Origin: a virus
Lineage: Duplodnaviria > Heunggongvirae > Uroviricota > Caudoviricetes
IMG/VR virus record: IMGVR_UViG_2541047909_000003
Strand: one strand, 5' to 3'
DNA length: 34,617 nt
Position 1 is the first letter of the stretch. The number at the start of each line of letters is the position of its first letter. Made by a program: the position numbers and the translations under genes. The notes below the pieces were generated by a model. That model saw only the letters and a program-made list of their open reading frames with translations. It made no database searches and was not told where the DNA came from. Below are positions 1 to 10,814 of the stretch, in pieces.

Positions 1-147
1 TCAATAAATCCCATCATTGCGATCAACCTCATCCTTAACCATTGATGCGAGCAGTTCTTCCAGTTTCTGCGCTGACAGCTTTACCTGGTGATCTTCAGCA
101 TCTTCCCGGGCTATTGTGGTTCGCGCAGTGGCTGATTTTGCTGACAT
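1..147 (-). CDS. small hypothetical protein (about 49 aa) downstream of tfa remnant
   Basis: ATG near 147 running to TGA at 1-3 on minus strand (MSAKSATARTTIAREDAEDHQVKLSAQKLEELLASMVKDEVDRNDGIY); weak RBS, no recognisable motif. Confidence 0.2.
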   Translation of the reverse strand: MSAKSATARTTIAREDAEDHQVKLSAQKLEELLASMVKDEVDRNDGIY

Positions 148-233
148 CACCACAGGGGGCAGACGGACCATTGAACCATGGCCTCCGGAACAAATAAGGG
201 CAAAAATAACAACCACTATCGAAAGCTCACAAA

Positions 234-533
234 CTAACCGCAGCACGTTCCTGCATACGACGTGTCTGCGGCATAATCCCAATGATTACTCCCTGACAGG
301 ATTTGCAGGCCACTCAATATCGGTGCAGTTGATGTATCAACACGATTCAACAATACCCGATATTTATTCCATGCCTCCAGCAACGATCTTTCTTCCTCCG
401 TTGCGATTTCCAGATCTACAGCATCCTGCAGTGGCGCAATATACTCACTGAATTCCTGGATGTAGAACTGTGTGGTGACGGTCTTCCAGCCATTCGGCTC
501 CTGCTGTATCGAAGCATACCAGGCTAGAGCCAC
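234..533 (-). pseudogene. tfa: tail fiber assembly protein (Tfa) C-terminal fragment
   Basis: 99-aa ORF with Tfa C-terminal signature ([38 protein letters not shown], cf. lambda Tfa); the start is GTG with an in-frame TGA immediately upstream, so the usual N-terminal half of Tfa is absent; overlaps stf 3' end out of frame. Confidence 0.6.
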
Positions 534-3129
534 TCAGACTGTGCGTATGCGCCCCGGTGTTATTCGTGGATTTGGTTCCGTAATCAAACGACGATGTGTT
601 TTTCGTCCCCAAATCCGTACTGGATGCGCTGGCGCTGTGGGTGTGCGATTTAATGCCGTCCTGTTCCTGAGACAATACGGCACGACCACTGGCGGGTTTG
701 CCCTTAATCGTCCAGCCACGCATATCAGGGATCACGCCTGACGGATAAGCGGCTGCAAGTTTCGGGTATGCAGATTTGTCAAAAGTCTGCCCCTGCATCA
801 GGGCATAGCCAGACGGAACGGTATCTGATGGCCACGGGATTGGTGCGCCAGGCGGATAAAACTGCTCTGATGGCGTATAGAGTGAATAAACTGTACCGTC
901 CGTTAACCCTTCCGGCTTATTAGCAGAATATGCTGGTGACGTATGAATCGTCACGCTGGCATTACTGGTATAATCCCATTGAATATTTACACCAGTCGCA
1001 TAATTTCCGATTGCAACGTAAATATCGTAAGTATCACCAGATGTATTGACCCAGGCAAAATTTGTAAACCCTGTCGATGTGCGCTGCCATAAAGCACCAG
1101 TAATCCCCTTCGGATTACCATTACCTGCACGCAAAACAAGTTCAGATATACCTGCCTGTTGAGGTGACCCCACGTTAAATCCCGCACCACCAATCAACGT
1201 AATTGAAACAACAGAACTCGCCTGTGGCATGGTTACCGTTGCTAATTTGAACCAACCAGCACCACCGCTGAATGACATTGTTGTTGAGTTAAGCGTACCA
1301 ATATCTTTCGGCGTCAGTGTTATATCCGCTGAAAGCGCCTTACCATTCACCTTACGGGCAGAAGGTACCCGACCATTCGCATTATCATTAGCTGCTTTCA
1401 CTGCTTTCGGTGTCGCGGCAAGCGTTTCAGATGCGCTGTTGGTTGCACTACTGAGCTGGACAATTCCTTTTTGTGCTGTCGTAGCGTCCTGAGCAGTATA
1501 TTTCCCGTTAGCAAGGTCATAGGCTGCCTTTACCGACTTTGGCGTTGCCGCCAGCATTTCAGATGTGCTGTTGGTCGCGTTGCTAAGCTGAACTATCCCT
1601 TTCTGTGCTGTCGTTGCATCCTGTGCGGTGTATTTCCCGTTAGCCAGCTCATACGCGGCCTTAACGGCTTTTGGCGTTGCCGCCAGTGACTCGGAAGTGC
1701 TGTTAGTCGCACTGCTGAGCTGTACTATCCCCTTTTTCGTCGTGCTCGCATCCTCAAGCGCCACGGCGGATGCAATATCCTCTGCCCGTTTTGCCGCTGT
1801 CTCAGCGCGCGTTGCCGCGGATTCCGCCGTACTTTTGCTCTGAGCTGCCGCCGTCGCACTGCCAGCTGCCTCTGTCGCCTTCGTGGATGCCGTCGTGGCG
1901 CTGCCCTTTGCTGCTGACGCCTGTCTGGTCGCCTCATCTTTTGAAGCAGACGCAGATGATGCCGATGACGCCGCCGAACTGGCGGACGATGCGGCAGCCG
2001 TTTTTGAGGATTCTGCGCTGGTTCCCGACGCTTTCGCGTTCGTCTCGGATGTCTTCGCTGCGGAAGCAGACCTCGCTGCTGCGCTGGCCTGTACAGCGGC
2101 TTCGCCAGCCTTCGTTGTGGCTGTTGAAGCAGACGATGCAGCACTTTCTGCCGATTTTCCGGCGGCGGTGGCACTGGCTGAGGCCTGCCCGGCACTTGTT
2201 GACGCGGCACTGGCAGATAATGCAGCCGCTGTTTTTGAGTCTGCCGCAGCTGAGGCGCTCTGTCCCGCTGCCGTTTCAGAAGACCTGGCGTTCGTCTCGG
2301 ACGTTTTTGCCGCCTTCGCAGAATTTGCTGCCGCCGTTGCCGAGGAAGCTGCGCTGCTGGCGCTCGAGGCTGCGTTCGTTTCTGATGATTTTGCCGCCTC
2401 TTTTGAAGCCGACGCATCCCGTGCTGAAGTGGCTGCTTCTGACGCTTTCGTGGTCGCGGTGGATGCAGAAGTGGCTGCTGATTGTTGTGACGCTGCCGCA
2501 TTCGTTTCTGACGTTTTCGCGGCACTGGCACTGGTAGCTGCCGCGCTTTTTGAGGACTCTGCAGCAGCAGCACTTTTCGATGCTTCACTGGCCTTTGTTG
2601 ATGCCGCTCCTGCGCTGGAAGACGCTGACTGAGCCGACGACGCGGCCTGTCCGGCTGACGTGCTGGCGGCACGTGCTGAGGCTGCAGCATCGGTTACATG
2701 AGTTGCCGCCTCGCTGGCTGATGCACTGGCATCGCTGGCTGATTTTTTCGCGGCTGCCGTATTCTGTGCAACCGCGGAGGCGTTACGTGACACCTCTTCC
2801 ACCATCTGCTCAAAGCGGCGCAGTGCCTCCGGTCGGACATCATCCTCCGTCATGGCACCGAGAAAATCATTCAGCGTACCTGGTCTGGAACCTTCATAGA
2901 CGGTAATGGTCCCGGCATGTGAAGGCGGAAAACCTTCAACCAGCAGGGTGACGCTGTACTGACCATGCTCAACATCCATGCTGTAACGTCCGGCTTCATC
3001 CGGATTTTCAGAGGCCACCGTGTTCACCACCACCGTGCTGCTGGTTCGTCTGGCCTTCAGCACAATGGTGCAGTTCTGTACTGGTTTTCCTGTGCCATCT
3101 TTAAGCACGCCAGAAATTTTTACTGTCAT
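445..3129 (-). CDS. stf: side tail fiber protein, StfR-like, apparently C-terminally truncated
   Basis: 894-aa ORF; N-terminal [28 protein letters not shown] tail-fiber N-domain, long Ala/Ser/Thr-rich shaft, 44-aa fiber repeats, distal HTHS His-box, then abrupt non-homologous tail ([25 protein letters not shown]) and stop. Confidence 0.85.
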   Translation of the reverse strand: MTVKISGVLKDGTGKPVQNCTIVLKARRTSSTVVVNTVASENPDEAGRYSMDVEHGQYSVTLLVEGFPPSHAGTITVYEGSRPGTLNDFLGAMTEDDVRPEALRRFEQMVEEVSRNASAVAQNTAAAKKSASDASASASEAATHVTDAAASARAASTSAGQAASSAQSASSSAGAASTKASEASKSAAAAESSKSAAATSASAAKTSETNAAASQQSAATSASTATTKASEAATSARDASASKEAAKSSETNAASSASSAASSATAAANSAKAAKTSETNARSSETAAGQSASAAADSKTAAALSASAASTSAGQASASATAAGKSAESAASSASTATTKAGEAAVQASAAARSASAAKTSETNAKASGTSAESSKTAAASSASSAASSASSASASKDEATRQASAAKGSATTASTKATEAAGSATAAAQSKSTAESAATRAETAAKRAEDIASAVALEDASTTKKGIVQLSSATNSTSESLAATPKAVKAAYELANGKYTAQDATTAQKGIVQLSNATNSTSEMLAATPKSVKAAYDLANGKYTAQDATTAQKGIVQLSSATNSASETLAATPKAVKAANDNANGRVPSARKVNGKALSADITLTPKDIGTLNSTTMSFSGGAGWFKLATVTMPQASSVVSITLIGGAGFNVGSPQQAGISELVLRAGNGNPKGITGALWQRTSTGFTNFAWVNTSGDTYDIYVAIGNYATGVNIQWDYTSNASVTIHTSPAYSANKPEGLTDGTVYSLYTPSEQFYPPGAPIPWPSDTVPSGYALMQGQTFDKSAYPKLAAAYPSGVIPDMRGWTIKGKPASGRAVLSQEQDGIKSHTHSASASSTDLGTKNTSSFDYGTKSTNNTGAHTHSLSGSSLVCFDTAGAEWLEDRHHTVLHPGIQ
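1340..1735 (-). repeat. about three tandem 132-bp (44-aa) phage tail fiber repeats inside stf
   Basis: Protein repeat [44 protein letters not shown] occurs 2 full times plus a partial third; DNA shows matching 132-bp periodicity. Confidence 0.7.
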
Positions 3130-3140
3130 ACTTTTCCACC

Positions 3141-3175
3141 AATAAAAAAAGCCCGCAGCAGTGACGCCACGGGCT
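3141..3175 (-). terminator. intrinsic terminator-like hairpin between lom and stf
   Basis: GCCCG-N14-CGGGC stem followed by T-run on minus strand (A-run aataaaaaaa on plus). Confidence 0.5.
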
Positions 3176-3280
3176 TCAGGACAGTGTAACTTTACGTTTC
3201 CTCAAACGCAGTTCACCCCATAAGGTGGATGAACCTGCGTATCATAACAATATTTACAGAAGATAAATCGGCGTCTGTTG

Positions 3281-3880
3281 TCAGAAACGGTATCCGATAC
3301 CAACAATAAATGCATCCGTTCGCCAGTCGCCACTACCGGAACCTTCATAAGCAAGGTCAATGGTCACGGATTCGGTCGGGTTAAACTGCACGCCAGCCCC
3401 CCACGCCAGAGACGTGTTGCTGTGGCGACCGTCATCACTTCCGGTCAGCACATCGTGCGTTTTCCCCTTGTTGTCAGTTACGCGGAGATAATCCCCGGAG
3501 AAAGTCGACACACGGCTGTAAGCCACACCCGCCATCGCATACGCGCTGAACCATTCATTCACGCGCACAGACGGCCCCGCCATCACGCTGAACCAGCGGT
3601 TACGCACGGAATCTTCATGCCAGCGGGTATCGCTGTAGCGCGTTTTTTGCTCATCCTCAGCATTGGCATAACTGAAGGACGTAATCAGCCCCAGCGCGTC
3701 CGTAAACTCATAACGGTATTTCACGTTAATCCCGTTCAGATCATCACTACCGGGAACGTTCGTCGAGGCATGGAGATACCCCGCGCTCAGCGTGGACTGA
3801 TGTTCTGCTGCACTCGCTGGCGTAGCAGCGGCGACCTGCCAGACTACTGCGGACAAAATAACAGCACATAATTTACGCAT
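3281..3880 (-). CDS. lom: Lom/Ail/PagC-family outer membrane beta-barrel protein
   Basis: 199 aa, signal peptide, aromatic-rich beta strands ending GIGYRF; located between J and stf as in lambda. Confidence 0.9.
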   Translation of the reverse strand: MRKLCAVILSAVVWQVAAATPASAAEHQSTLSAGYLHASTNVPGSDDLNGINVKYRYEFTDALGLITSFSYANAEDEQKTRYSDTRWHEDSVRNRWFSVMAGPSVRVNEWFSAYAMAGVAYSRVSTFSGDYLRVTDNKGKTHDVLTGSDDGRHSNTSLAWGAGVQFNPTESVTIDLAYEGSGSGDWRTDAFIVGIGYRF

Positions 3881-3902
3881 AATTACCTCTCGCTTTTCTG
3901 CA

Positions 3903-3929
3903 ATAAAAAAGGCGCCATTTCTGGCGCCC
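3903..3929 (-). terminator. intrinsic terminator-like hairpin between J and lom
   Basis: GGCGCC-N6-GGCGCC stem followed by T-run on minus strand. Confidence 0.5.
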
Positions 3930-3947
3930 GTATCTGGGTTATAAAAT

Positions 3948-6900
3948 TCAGCTAATCGTGATGCCTGCAGTGGCTTTCTTCATCACCACAACCAGCAAAT
4001 CGCTGATACTTGCTGTGGGATACCAGTTATTTACCAGCCATGCTGACACCGAAAACTCCAGTGTCATGTGACCGTGACCGGCAGGCATATCAATAACACC
4101 ACTGTAAATCAGCGTATTATCCAGCGCGGTACGGTTATAAATTTCAGCACCGTTTTTCCGCACTATCAGACGGCATGAGGAGTAAATATCAGTATGCTCT
4201 TTCTCATGTTTAGCGCCGCTGAATGCCACCGCCGGAATAACAATCTGCCGGTCAAACGGCTGATCGTCATAAACCCTGACGGTAATGGTTCCTGATGGCC
4301 ACCGCTCCGGTGCACGGGAGTCCCGGGGGAAAGCTTTGCCCACTGTTTTAACGAGATCGCCTTCAATCTGGTTCGCGGACAATTTTCCCAGAACCCGACA
4401 GTTCTCGTTAATCGTGACGTTGTTGAGCGTCCCGGAGTTCGCATTCACGTTACCGCTGATATCGGCATTTTTCGCCGTCAGCCGCCCGTCCGGTGTCAGG
4501 GAAAATGCCGGAGGATTACCGCCGCTGGTAATGGTCGGAGCCGTCAGGCGTTTCAGGAACACGTCGTTCATGAATATCTGATCGCCCTGACCAACAAACA
4601 TCGGCTTTGTGTTGCCATTCGCAGGATTAATCATCGCAATCCGGTCAGCAGCCAGAAGCACCTGACTCTGCATACCTGCTGGCGTATTCTCAATACCGAC
4701 TCCGATACCCGCAATATAAAGGCGTCCGTCCTTCATCTGCTGCAGTTTCACGGCCCACATGCTGTTCAGGTTATTATTTGTATCAACCTGAACTTTCTGT
4801 ATCTGCTGGATTGCCGCACTCTGGTCTTCCAGTTTTTTATTGACGGTCTGCGTGATTTCATTGCTGACATTCGTAATGGACGTCCTGATTTCAGCCAGGT
4901 CCGGCGCAAGCTGACCGTTATCAATCTGCGTCCACAACTCCTGGGCCAGATGTGTTTTCCCGATTTCTCCTTTGAAAAAATCCAGGTAACCTTCCGCATC
5001 ATCGCTCGCCCGACCGACAGCCTCCACGAATGCCGATTTGCCAACGGTGTTCACACTGCGAACGTAAAAATAATAATCATGGCCCGGTTTGATATTGATA
5101 CTGGCGGCTATCCAGTACAGCGCCGTACCAAGATAGCGGGCTGTGGTTTCAACCTGCCTGATATCGGTAATCCGCTTTTCTGAGAACCAGAACTCAAACT
5201 GTACCGTCGGGTCATAAACAGCAAGATGCGGCGTGGCGGTTATCTGAAAATAGCCCGGCGTCAGCTCAATCCGCGACGGTGCTGCCGGTGCGGCAATCCG
5301 GAAGGTGGTGGTGGCAGGTTCACCCTGCTGGCCATAGCTGTTTATCGCCCGCACCGTCAGGGTGTATTCCCCGAGCGGCAGGCCGCTGAAACGGTGCTCC
5401 GTGTCTGCGGTGATGGCGGTGGTCACCAGTCTGGCATCCGTTCCCTTACCACTGGTCAGGCGCAGACTGAAGCGCACGCCCTTCACCACCCGCGGCGTGT
5501 CCCATTTAGCCTGCGCCAGATACTGGCCGTCAGCTGCACTCACCTCCACCGTCAGGTGCTGTACTGCCGGTGGGATGACGCTGTTCAGGGAACCTGACTG
5601 CGGCTCAAAGCGGGCACCGTTATCCACGATGGCTTCTTTTTCCGGTACGTGCTGCACCGCCGTGATGGCAAAGGTGCCGTCCGTGTTTTCCCGGACGGAG
5701 ACACAGCGGAACAGGCGACGGCGCAGTGACGGCAGGGAGAGTCCCCACACCCCGTATGTCTCCACACCATCAGGCAGGGTACTGACCTGTATCCGGTCCG
5801 GCGCGGGGTGTGCGGTGATGTCCACACTCACCGGCTTACCGCTTCCGTTAATCAGGTTCACCGCCGATGTACCTGTCTCCGGCAGGGTAACCTCACGGTC
5901 CAGCGTCAGGGTGCGCGTGGCAGCATCAATGGACAGGACACGTCCGCCGGTCAGGGTCCCGGCATAGTCATTATCACAGATTTCAATAATGTCACCGGGT
6001 GTGTGCCGCAGCCCCTGAGACCCGAGCGTGAAATCCACCGTCTGCGTTTCCAGCAGTTCGGTCTTTATCACCCACAGTCCGGCACGGTGGGCCTGACCGC
6101 GGCTGGTACAGCCGAACGCGTCCATCTTCAGCAGGTTGCGTCCGTAGCGCAGTATGGCTTCCGGGTCTTCCACCAGTTCCGTGGAGGTCTGCCAGCCGTT
6201 CTGCGGGTCGGTGTAATTCACCTCCACCGCCGTGTGCCGGTCCTTCAGGGCACTGAAGCTGTAGCGGAATCCCACGCCGTTATCATCCACCACCACATCG
6301 CTGTTGGTGTACGGCCACACCACATCCGACGGGCGGTCCTGAACGAACGTCAGCGTCTGACCGTTCCATACCGGCATACAGCGCATCGCAGAGCAGAAAT
6401 CACTGAGAACGTCCCACGCCTTACGCTGTTGTGCCAGGTACGCATTAAAGGTCATCCGCGGCTCGGTCCCCCCGAAACCATCCGGGACCGTCTGGTCGCA
6501 GTACTGCCCGATGGCATACAGCGCCCACTTGTCCACATCCGCCGCCCCCAGACGTTTTCCCATGCCGTAGCGCGGGTGAGTCAGCATGTCCCACAGACAC
6601 CAGGCCGGGTTGTTGCTGTATGCCGGTTTCAGACTGCCGTCCCAGATACCACTATACGTGCGTTTTTCCGGGTCATAGTTTGACGGCACCTGGATGATGC
6701 GACCGCGGATATGGTAGTTCACCGTCATCTGCTGGCCGCCGAACTGCTCCGCATCCACCTGCAGCCCCACAATGGCCGTGTTCGGGTAGCACTGTTTCAC
6801 ATCGATGATTTCGGTGTATGACGACCACAGCGTCTTATTCTGCAGCTGGTCCGTGGTGCTGTCCGCCGTCTCCCTGACCATCCGGATGTTAAAGGGCCGG

Positions 6901-7421
6901 GGAGGCAGATTATCCAGAATCACCGAGGCCAGGAACTGTGAGGTGGTCTTGCCGTTAATGGTGACGTCCTTTTCTGTCACCCAGTTACCGTTACGCTGTA
7001 ACTGAATCAGCAGGCGGACGGATGCCGGGTTACGGTCACCCTTTGAGGTGGTCTCCACCAGTGACTGCACCCCGAAGGTAACCCGCAGGCGGTCAATGTT
7101 CGCGGACGTAATGGTGCGCGTCACCGGTTTTGCCTTCGTCACTTCCACGCCCAGTCCGGTTTCAGCTCCGGAGGACTCAAAGCCTTCCGGTGGTGTCTGC
7201 TCCTGCTCCCCGGCACGCCAGACCGCGGTCACACCGTGTATCACGGGATTGCCGTCCGTGTCCGTCAGTGGGGTTTTGTTCACCAGAATACTCTGCAGTC
7301 CCTTCACCGGACCTTCTATCGGTCCCTCACCAATCGCATCAATCACACTCATCATCTGCGTGGATTTGAGATTATCCTTCGCCTCACGAGGCGTGTGTGC
7401 CTTACCGCCACCTTTTCCCAT
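3948..7421 (-). CDS. J: host specificity (central tail fiber/tip) protein J
   Basis: 1157 aa; N-terminus [39 protein letters not shown] and long co-linear similarity to lambda J as recalled. Confidence 0.95.
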   Translation of the reverse strand: MGKGGGKAHTPREAKDNLKSTQMMSVIDAIGEGPIEGPVKGLQSILVNKTPLTDTDGNPVIHGVTAVWRAGEQEQTPPEGFESSGAETGLGVEVTKAKPVTRTITSANIDRLRVTFGVQSLVETTSKGDRNPASVRLLIQLQRNGNWVTEKDVTINGKTTSQFLASVILDNLPPRPFNIRMVRETADSTTDQLQNKTLWSSYTEIIDVKQCYPNTAIVGLQVDAEQFGGQQMTVNYHIRGRIIQVPSNYDPEKRTYSGIWDGSLKPAYSNNPAWCLWDMLTHPRYGMGKRLGAADVDKWALYAIGQYCDQTVPDGFGGTEPRMTFNAYLAQQRKAWDVLSDFCSAMRCMPVWNGQTLTFVQDRPSDVVWPYTNSDVVVDDNGVGFRYSFSALKDRHTAVEVNYTDPQNGWQTSTELVEDPEAILRYGRNLLKMDAFGCTSRGQAHRAGLWVIKTELLETQTVDFTLGSQGLRHTPGDIIEICDNDYAGTLTGGRVLSIDAATRTLTLDREVTLPETGTSAVNLINGSGKPVSVDITAHPAPDRIQVSTLPDGVETYGVWGLSLPSLRRRLFRCVSVRENTDGTFAITAVQHVPEKEAIVDNGARFEPQSGSLNSVIPPAVQHLTVEVSAADGQYLAQAKWDTPRVVKGVRFSLRLTSGKGTDARLVTTAITADTEHRFSGLPLGEYTLTVRAINSYGQQGEPATTTFRIAAPAAPSRIELTPGYFQITATPHLAVYDPTVQFEFWFSEKRITDIRQVETTARYLGTALYWIAASINIKPGHDYYFYVRSVNTVGKSAFVEAVGRASDDAEGYLDFFKGEIGKTHLAQELWTQIDNGQLAPDLAEIRTSITNVSNEITQTVNKKLEDQSAAIQQIQKVQVDTNNNLNSMWAVKLQQMKDGRLYIAGIGVGIENTPAGMQSQVLLAADRIAMINPANGNTKPMFVGQGDQIFMNDVFLKRLTAPTITSGGNPPAFSLTPDGRLTAKNADISGNVNANSGTLNNVTINENCRVLGKLSANQIEGDLVKTVGKAFPRDSRAPERWPSGTITVRVYDDQPFDRQIVIPAVAFSGAKHEKEHTDIYSSCRLIVRKNGAEIYNRTALDNTLIYSGVIDMPAGHGHMTLEFSVSAWLVNNWYPTASISDLLVVVMKKATAGITIS

Positions 7422-7524
7422 ACAGCCTTCCCCTGAATAAATTAACCGCCACTTGCCATTCCGTACAGAAGTCGGATATCCTTCGCCCGAAAAGCATGAA
7501 ACACATTTCTGCCATGCTAAAGAG

Positions 7525-7554
7525 AAACCCCGGTATCAGCAGATACCGGGGTTT
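7525..7554. terminator. 13-bp perfect hairpin (bidirectional terminator-like) inside expanded I-J spacer
   Basis: aaaccccggtatc-agca-gataccggggttt, T-rich on both sides. Confidence 0.4.
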
Positions 7555-7624
7555 TCTTTCATGCCCACCGATAATCCTGTTGGTTAAAACCGGTAATGGC
7601 ATAAAAATTCTGAATATCTTCACA

Positions 7625-7760
7625 TTTTCACACACTGACTGTGGCGCTTATAATTTCGCTGCGTTAGTGTTTTTTTGCCCGAGTAACAAAAACAACTCCT
7701 TAACATTGATCTTCATTTGTCTGTCCCCGCAGCTCCGCGATCACTGCGGGATTTTTTTAT
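7625..7760 (+). ncRNA. candidate small RNA (about 100 nt) antisense to late operon in I-J spacer
   Basis: Possible sigma70 promoter (TATAAT at about 7649-7654 with weak -35), CA-rich body (aacaaaaacaacucc), and strong intrinsic terminator cccgcag-N11-ctgcggg + T7 at about 7726-7759 on plus strand. Confidence 0.3.
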
Positions 7761-7763
7761 GTT

Positions 7764-8444
7764 TTATCCCTGTCGCCCGACAACCACGACCATTCCGCCC
7801 CCGCCTTCATCACGGGTGCTGATGTCCTGGGATATACGGCGGGAGCCAACCAGCATTTCCCCGTAAGGCACCGGCATCGGGTTCCCCTGGGCAATCATGT
7901 TATCCAGCGAGGAAAAGTACGTGTTCTGTCTGCCGTTATCCGTTGCGCGGTAATCCGGTGTTTTTGCCTTCGGGGCCAGCATCTGGGCCACACCGCCCAG
8001 AATCATGCTGGCTCCAAGTGAAAACAGCATCGTGGTGGCAGAAAAACCACCGGCTGCCAGGGCTGAACCCCATAACGCCATTGATGCCCCGGCAGTGAAG
8101 AAAGAGCCCACGATGGCTGCCGCCCCCAGCACAATCTGCAGTCCACCCTTTCCGGCCCCGGCCAGTCGCGGCACAATATGGATGACCGTTCCCTCACCCA
8201 GCTGTTCGTGAAGACGGGCGTACACCGCCTCCGGTGCCGTGTCATAACCGGCAATACGTATCTGGTACCAGCCTTCGTTCATCTGACGGCGAAAGCCCGG
8301 CACCTGTAACGACAGCGCCCGGATGGCTTCCGCTGCCGTGTTCACATACAGGCTGAGGCGGCGGCCAAATCGTTGTAAATCCCCGTGAAGGCAGATGCGT
8401 GCCAGTGGCGGTGACGCCAGACAGAATGCGTTCGTCGTTGCCAT
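7764..8444 (-). CDS. I: tail tip assembly protein I
   Basis: 226 aa; MATTNAFCLASPPLARICLHGDLQRFGRR resembles lambda I N-terminus; Gly/Ala-rich C-terminal region. Confidence 0.9.
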   Translation of the reverse strand: MATTNAFCLASPPLARICLHGDLQRFGRRLSLYVNTAAEAIRALSLQVPGFRRQMNEGWYQIRIAGYDTAPEAVYARLHEQLGEGTVIHIVPRLAGAGKGGLQIVLGAAAIVGSFFTAGASMALWGSALAAGGFSATTMLFSLGASMILGGVAQMLAPKAKTPDYRATDNGRQNTYFSSLDNMIAQGNPMPVPYGEMLVGSRRISQDISTRDEGGGGMVVVVGRQG

Positions 8445-9085
8445 TTTTCGGAATACCTCTCCCGTTTACTCAGTTGTTCAGGCAGATGGTGAAGCAGCTC
8501 ACCGTTGCCGCAGTAAATGGCGGCATGGTTCGGTACCGAAGCACCAAAGCAGCACAGCAGAATATCGCCCGCCTGTGCAGAGGACAGGGGCACCCGGTAA
8601 AAGCCGGTGACCGCCATATTGTCCAGGTAAAGGTTCTGACCGTTGCGCCACCAGTCATCCTCGCGATGAAAATCCGGCATTTCAGTCCCCGCCAGATGAT
8701 AAGCATCCCGGAACAGCGTGTAACAGTCCGTCACCCCGTGCTCAAAGCGCCGTCCTGTCAGATGTGGTACACAGCGGAATTTGTGAATGTCACCCCGGCA
8801 GACCAGCCACCAGGGCAGTGCGCTTTTTATCTGCAGCCGCCGGTCAGCCTCGCTCAGCCAGGGCAGCCCACCGGGATGACTGTGGACCAGTGCCACAATC
8901 TCCCCCTGCATCTCTGCCCGCAGCCAGTCTTCCGGTGCGATACGAAAATACGCCTCCGGCTCTGCAGAAATATTCACACAAGGGATATACCACTCCCCCT
9001 CCGGCGTGCTTATCACGAAGCCGCACGACTCCGCAGGCGCACACCGCCGGGCATGCGCCAGAATCGCTGATTCAGTCTGTGTCAT
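8342..9085 (-). CDS. K: tail tip assembly protein K (JAB/MPN + NlpC/P60-like)
   Basis: Starts MTQTESAILAHARRCAPAESCGF; HSHPGG JAMM-like motif; overlaps I start by about 100 nt as in lambda; the 310-aa track ORF has a spurious N-terminal extension. Confidence 0.85.
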   Translation of the reverse strand: MTQTESAILAHARRCAPAESCGFVISTPEGEWYIPCVNISAEPEAYFRIAPEDWLRAEMQGEIVALVHSHPGGLPWLSEADRRLQIKSALPWWLVCRGDIHKFRCVPHLTGRRFEHGVTDCYTLFRDAYHLAGTEMPDFHREDDWWRNGQNLYLDNMAVTGFYRVPLSSAQAGDILLCCFGASVPNHAAIYCGNGELLHHLPEQLSKRERYSEKWQRRTHSVWRHRHWHASAFTGIYNDLAAASACM

Positions 9086-9297
9086 AAACCGGGATTTACT
9101 GCGAAAGTTTATTAATGGAAAGGAAACCGCCAAAATTGCCGACATTCCTGCGCAGTTCACACCCGCGCATGCACTTGCTGCATCTGTCCTTACGGATATC
9201 CGTGGTGGGGTTGTCGAACTCATCCGCCACCGCAGGACCGTTAAGGTGCGCCCCAGACGGAGCGCAAGTCGCATCAGAAAGCGAATTTCCGGGCGGG

Positions 9298-9672
9298 CTA
9301 CTTTTTTCTGGCCGACTCTGCATCAGCGATCAGTTCCAGTGCCTGACGCAGCAACCGGGCATGTACCGGACCATAGACGGCCAGCACCTGCTCACGGTCG
9401 TCCGGAGCGAACACCCGCTGCAGATCCGTATCACACAGGACATCGCAGAACAGCGTCACATCCGCTTCCAGGTTACGGCGGGTTTTCGCCACCACCGACA
9501 GGGTATCGTCATCCTCTCCATCACCATTGAGCACTTCCTGCCACAGATACCAGGCCTCTGCCGAAGGCTCCCGCAGCACCACGCTGACATTACCCCATTC
9601 CGGCACCTTCACCGTTTTATGACGAAACCCTGACAGTCTGGCCAGCGCCAGCGTTTTCAGATCCTTTTTCAT
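9298..9672 (-). CDS. putative tail assembly chaperone (G-like position)
   Basis: About 124 aa from MKKDLKTLALARLSGF; acidic C-terminus; sits immediately after major tail protein gene; no T frameshift extension or tape measure follows. Confidence 0.45.
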   Translation of the reverse strand: MKKDLKTLALARLSGFRHKTVKVPEWGNVSVVLREPSAEAWYLWQEVLNGDGEDDDTLSVVAKTRRNLEADVTLFCDVLCDTDLQRVFAPDDREQVLAVYGPVHARLLRQALELIADAESARKK

Positions 9673-9686
9673 GATGACCCATCCCC

Positions 9687-10403
9687 TTATCCGGCGGCTG
9701 CGCTCACTGTCACGGTGCATTCAACAGACGTCACACTCTGTGCTTTCTCTGCCGAATCGGTCACCACGCAGGTATATTTCCCCGCATCAGCGGACTGCGC
9801 ACCTGGCTTACTGAAGGTGTCTGTCGTCTGCCCGTCAACCGGCTGACCATCCTTCTTCCAGGCGTATTTATACGGCGGCGTTCCCCCGTTGGCACTGACT
9901 GACATTGTCAGCAGCGCACCTGTATTCACGGTAAGTGTTTTATCCAGATTTTTCACAAACGCCAGCGGTACCACAAAGGACACCAGTTTGCCTTTCATAC
10001 GCAGTGAAAACGTTGCTGCCACCACGCCGTTGGTACCGGATGACCAGGTGTGCTGACGCACTTCCGCCAGGAACTTAAAGCCCTTACCGGACGGAAACAG
10101 CACCTTAAACGCATACAACGCGTCATTGTCATAGGCATCACGCAGGGCGTTCTGGGCCTGATTCAGATAAAAATTACCCGACATGGAAATCTCAGACGAC
10201 GCCCCCAGACCGTTGATGTTCTCCTGCTCGGTGGAGCAGAGCGTGGTCACATCAATATCCTGTTTCTGACCGGCGGTGAACTGGACTTCCTTGATGGTGC
10301 AGTCCAGGCGCAGATATTCCGCCTTATCCATAGTTTCAGCAGTCGCCGGGGCAGATGAAATCATCACCTGCGTCAGCTGTGAGCGTTCATACAAAGCAGA
10401 CAT
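9687..10403 (-). CDS. major tail (tube) protein with C-terminal Ig-like domain
   Basis: 238 aa; strong AGGAGG RBS; C-terminal segment PPYKYAWKKDGQPVDGQTTDTFSKPGAQSADAGKYTCVVTD is Ig-like (Big_2-type). Confidence 0.75.
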   Translation of the reverse strand: MSALYERSQLTQVMISSAPATAETMDKAEYLRLDCTIKEVQFTAGQKQDIDVTTLCSTEQENINGLGASSEISMSGNFYLNQAQNALRDAYDNDALYAFKVLFPSGKGFKFLAEVRQHTWSSGTNGVVAATFSLRMKGKLVSFVVPLAFVKNLDKTLTVNTGALLTMSVSANGGTPPYKYAWKKDGQPVDGQTTDTFSKPGAQSADAGKYTCVVTDSAEKAQSVTSVECTVTVSAAAG

Positions 10404-10416
10404 TCTGCCTCCTGAT

Positions 10417-10441
10417 AATAAAAAACCCGCACGCGGCGGGG
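10417..10441 (-). terminator. terminator-like hairpin upstream of major tail gene
   Basis: cccgc-acgc-ggcggg hairpin followed by T-run on minus strand. Confidence 0.35.
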
Positions 10442-10469
10442 TATGGGTTTTGTAGAAAAAAAGAAAAAG

Positions 10470-10814
10470 TCACACCGTGACCTGAAACTCCAGGGTTGCA
10501 CGGTAACAGCGGTTTTCCGGAATATAGTCCTGCATTTCACTGACGGATCCCGGGGCCAGCAGCATTATGGCTTCACGGGCGTCCTGACGTATCTGACGCG
10601 CCTGCGTCACAGTCCCGGCATAAACGTCTATCTGCACCGACACTGAGGACTCCGCCTGCCCGCCCATCACGTCCGCAGACACCGATGAAATCAGGCTGAA
10701 AACCACCCACGGAAGCGCCACCGACGGCCTGCCATCCAGCAGGGGGACCACATACGGGTACACCTGCCCGCCGGCAAGATGCGCCAGATGAGGATACAAA
10801 TCCGCCTCCGTCAT
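10470..10814 (-). CDS. tail component (tail terminator, U-like position)
   Basis: 114 aa; position between Z-like and major tail genes; pattern DGRPSVALPWVVF loosely like lambda U. Confidence 0.45.
   Translation of the reverse strand: MTEADLYPHLAHLAGGQVYPYVVPLLDGRPSVALPWVVFSLISSVSADVMGGQAESSVSVQIDVYAGTVTQARQIRQDAREAIMLLAPGSVSEMQDYIPENRCYRATLEFQVTV

Noticed and set aside
1340-1735. Possible CRISPR-like array suggested by tandem DNA repeats
   Set aside because: Repeats are 132 bp, contiguous without spacers, and are in-frame coding repeats of the tail fibre.
1229-2906. Multiple long ORFs on both strands overlapping the stf shaft region (for example 1725..2690, 1770..2537, 1883..2632, 2550..2906)
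   Set aside because: They lie within the GC-rich Ala/Ser/Thr-coding repeat region of stf, where every frame stays open; compositions are Pro/Arg/Gln- or Ala-biased artefacts with no starts or RBS support.
4166-6683. ORFs overlapping J on both strands (for example 5362..5967, 5808..6683, 4285..4581)
   Set aside because: Fully embedded in the well-supported 1157-aa J gene; no independent signals.
7402-7635. 77-aa minus-strand ORF in the I-J spacer overlapping the J start
   Set aside because: Runs through a 13-bp hairpin and overlaps the J RBS and start in another frame; no RBS of its own.
8399-9633. Plus-strand ORFs overlapping K and the tail chaperone region (8399..9070, 9006..9530, 9115..9633)
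   Set aside because: Antisense to K and the chaperone gene, Arg/Pro-rich, typical GC-driven spurious frames.
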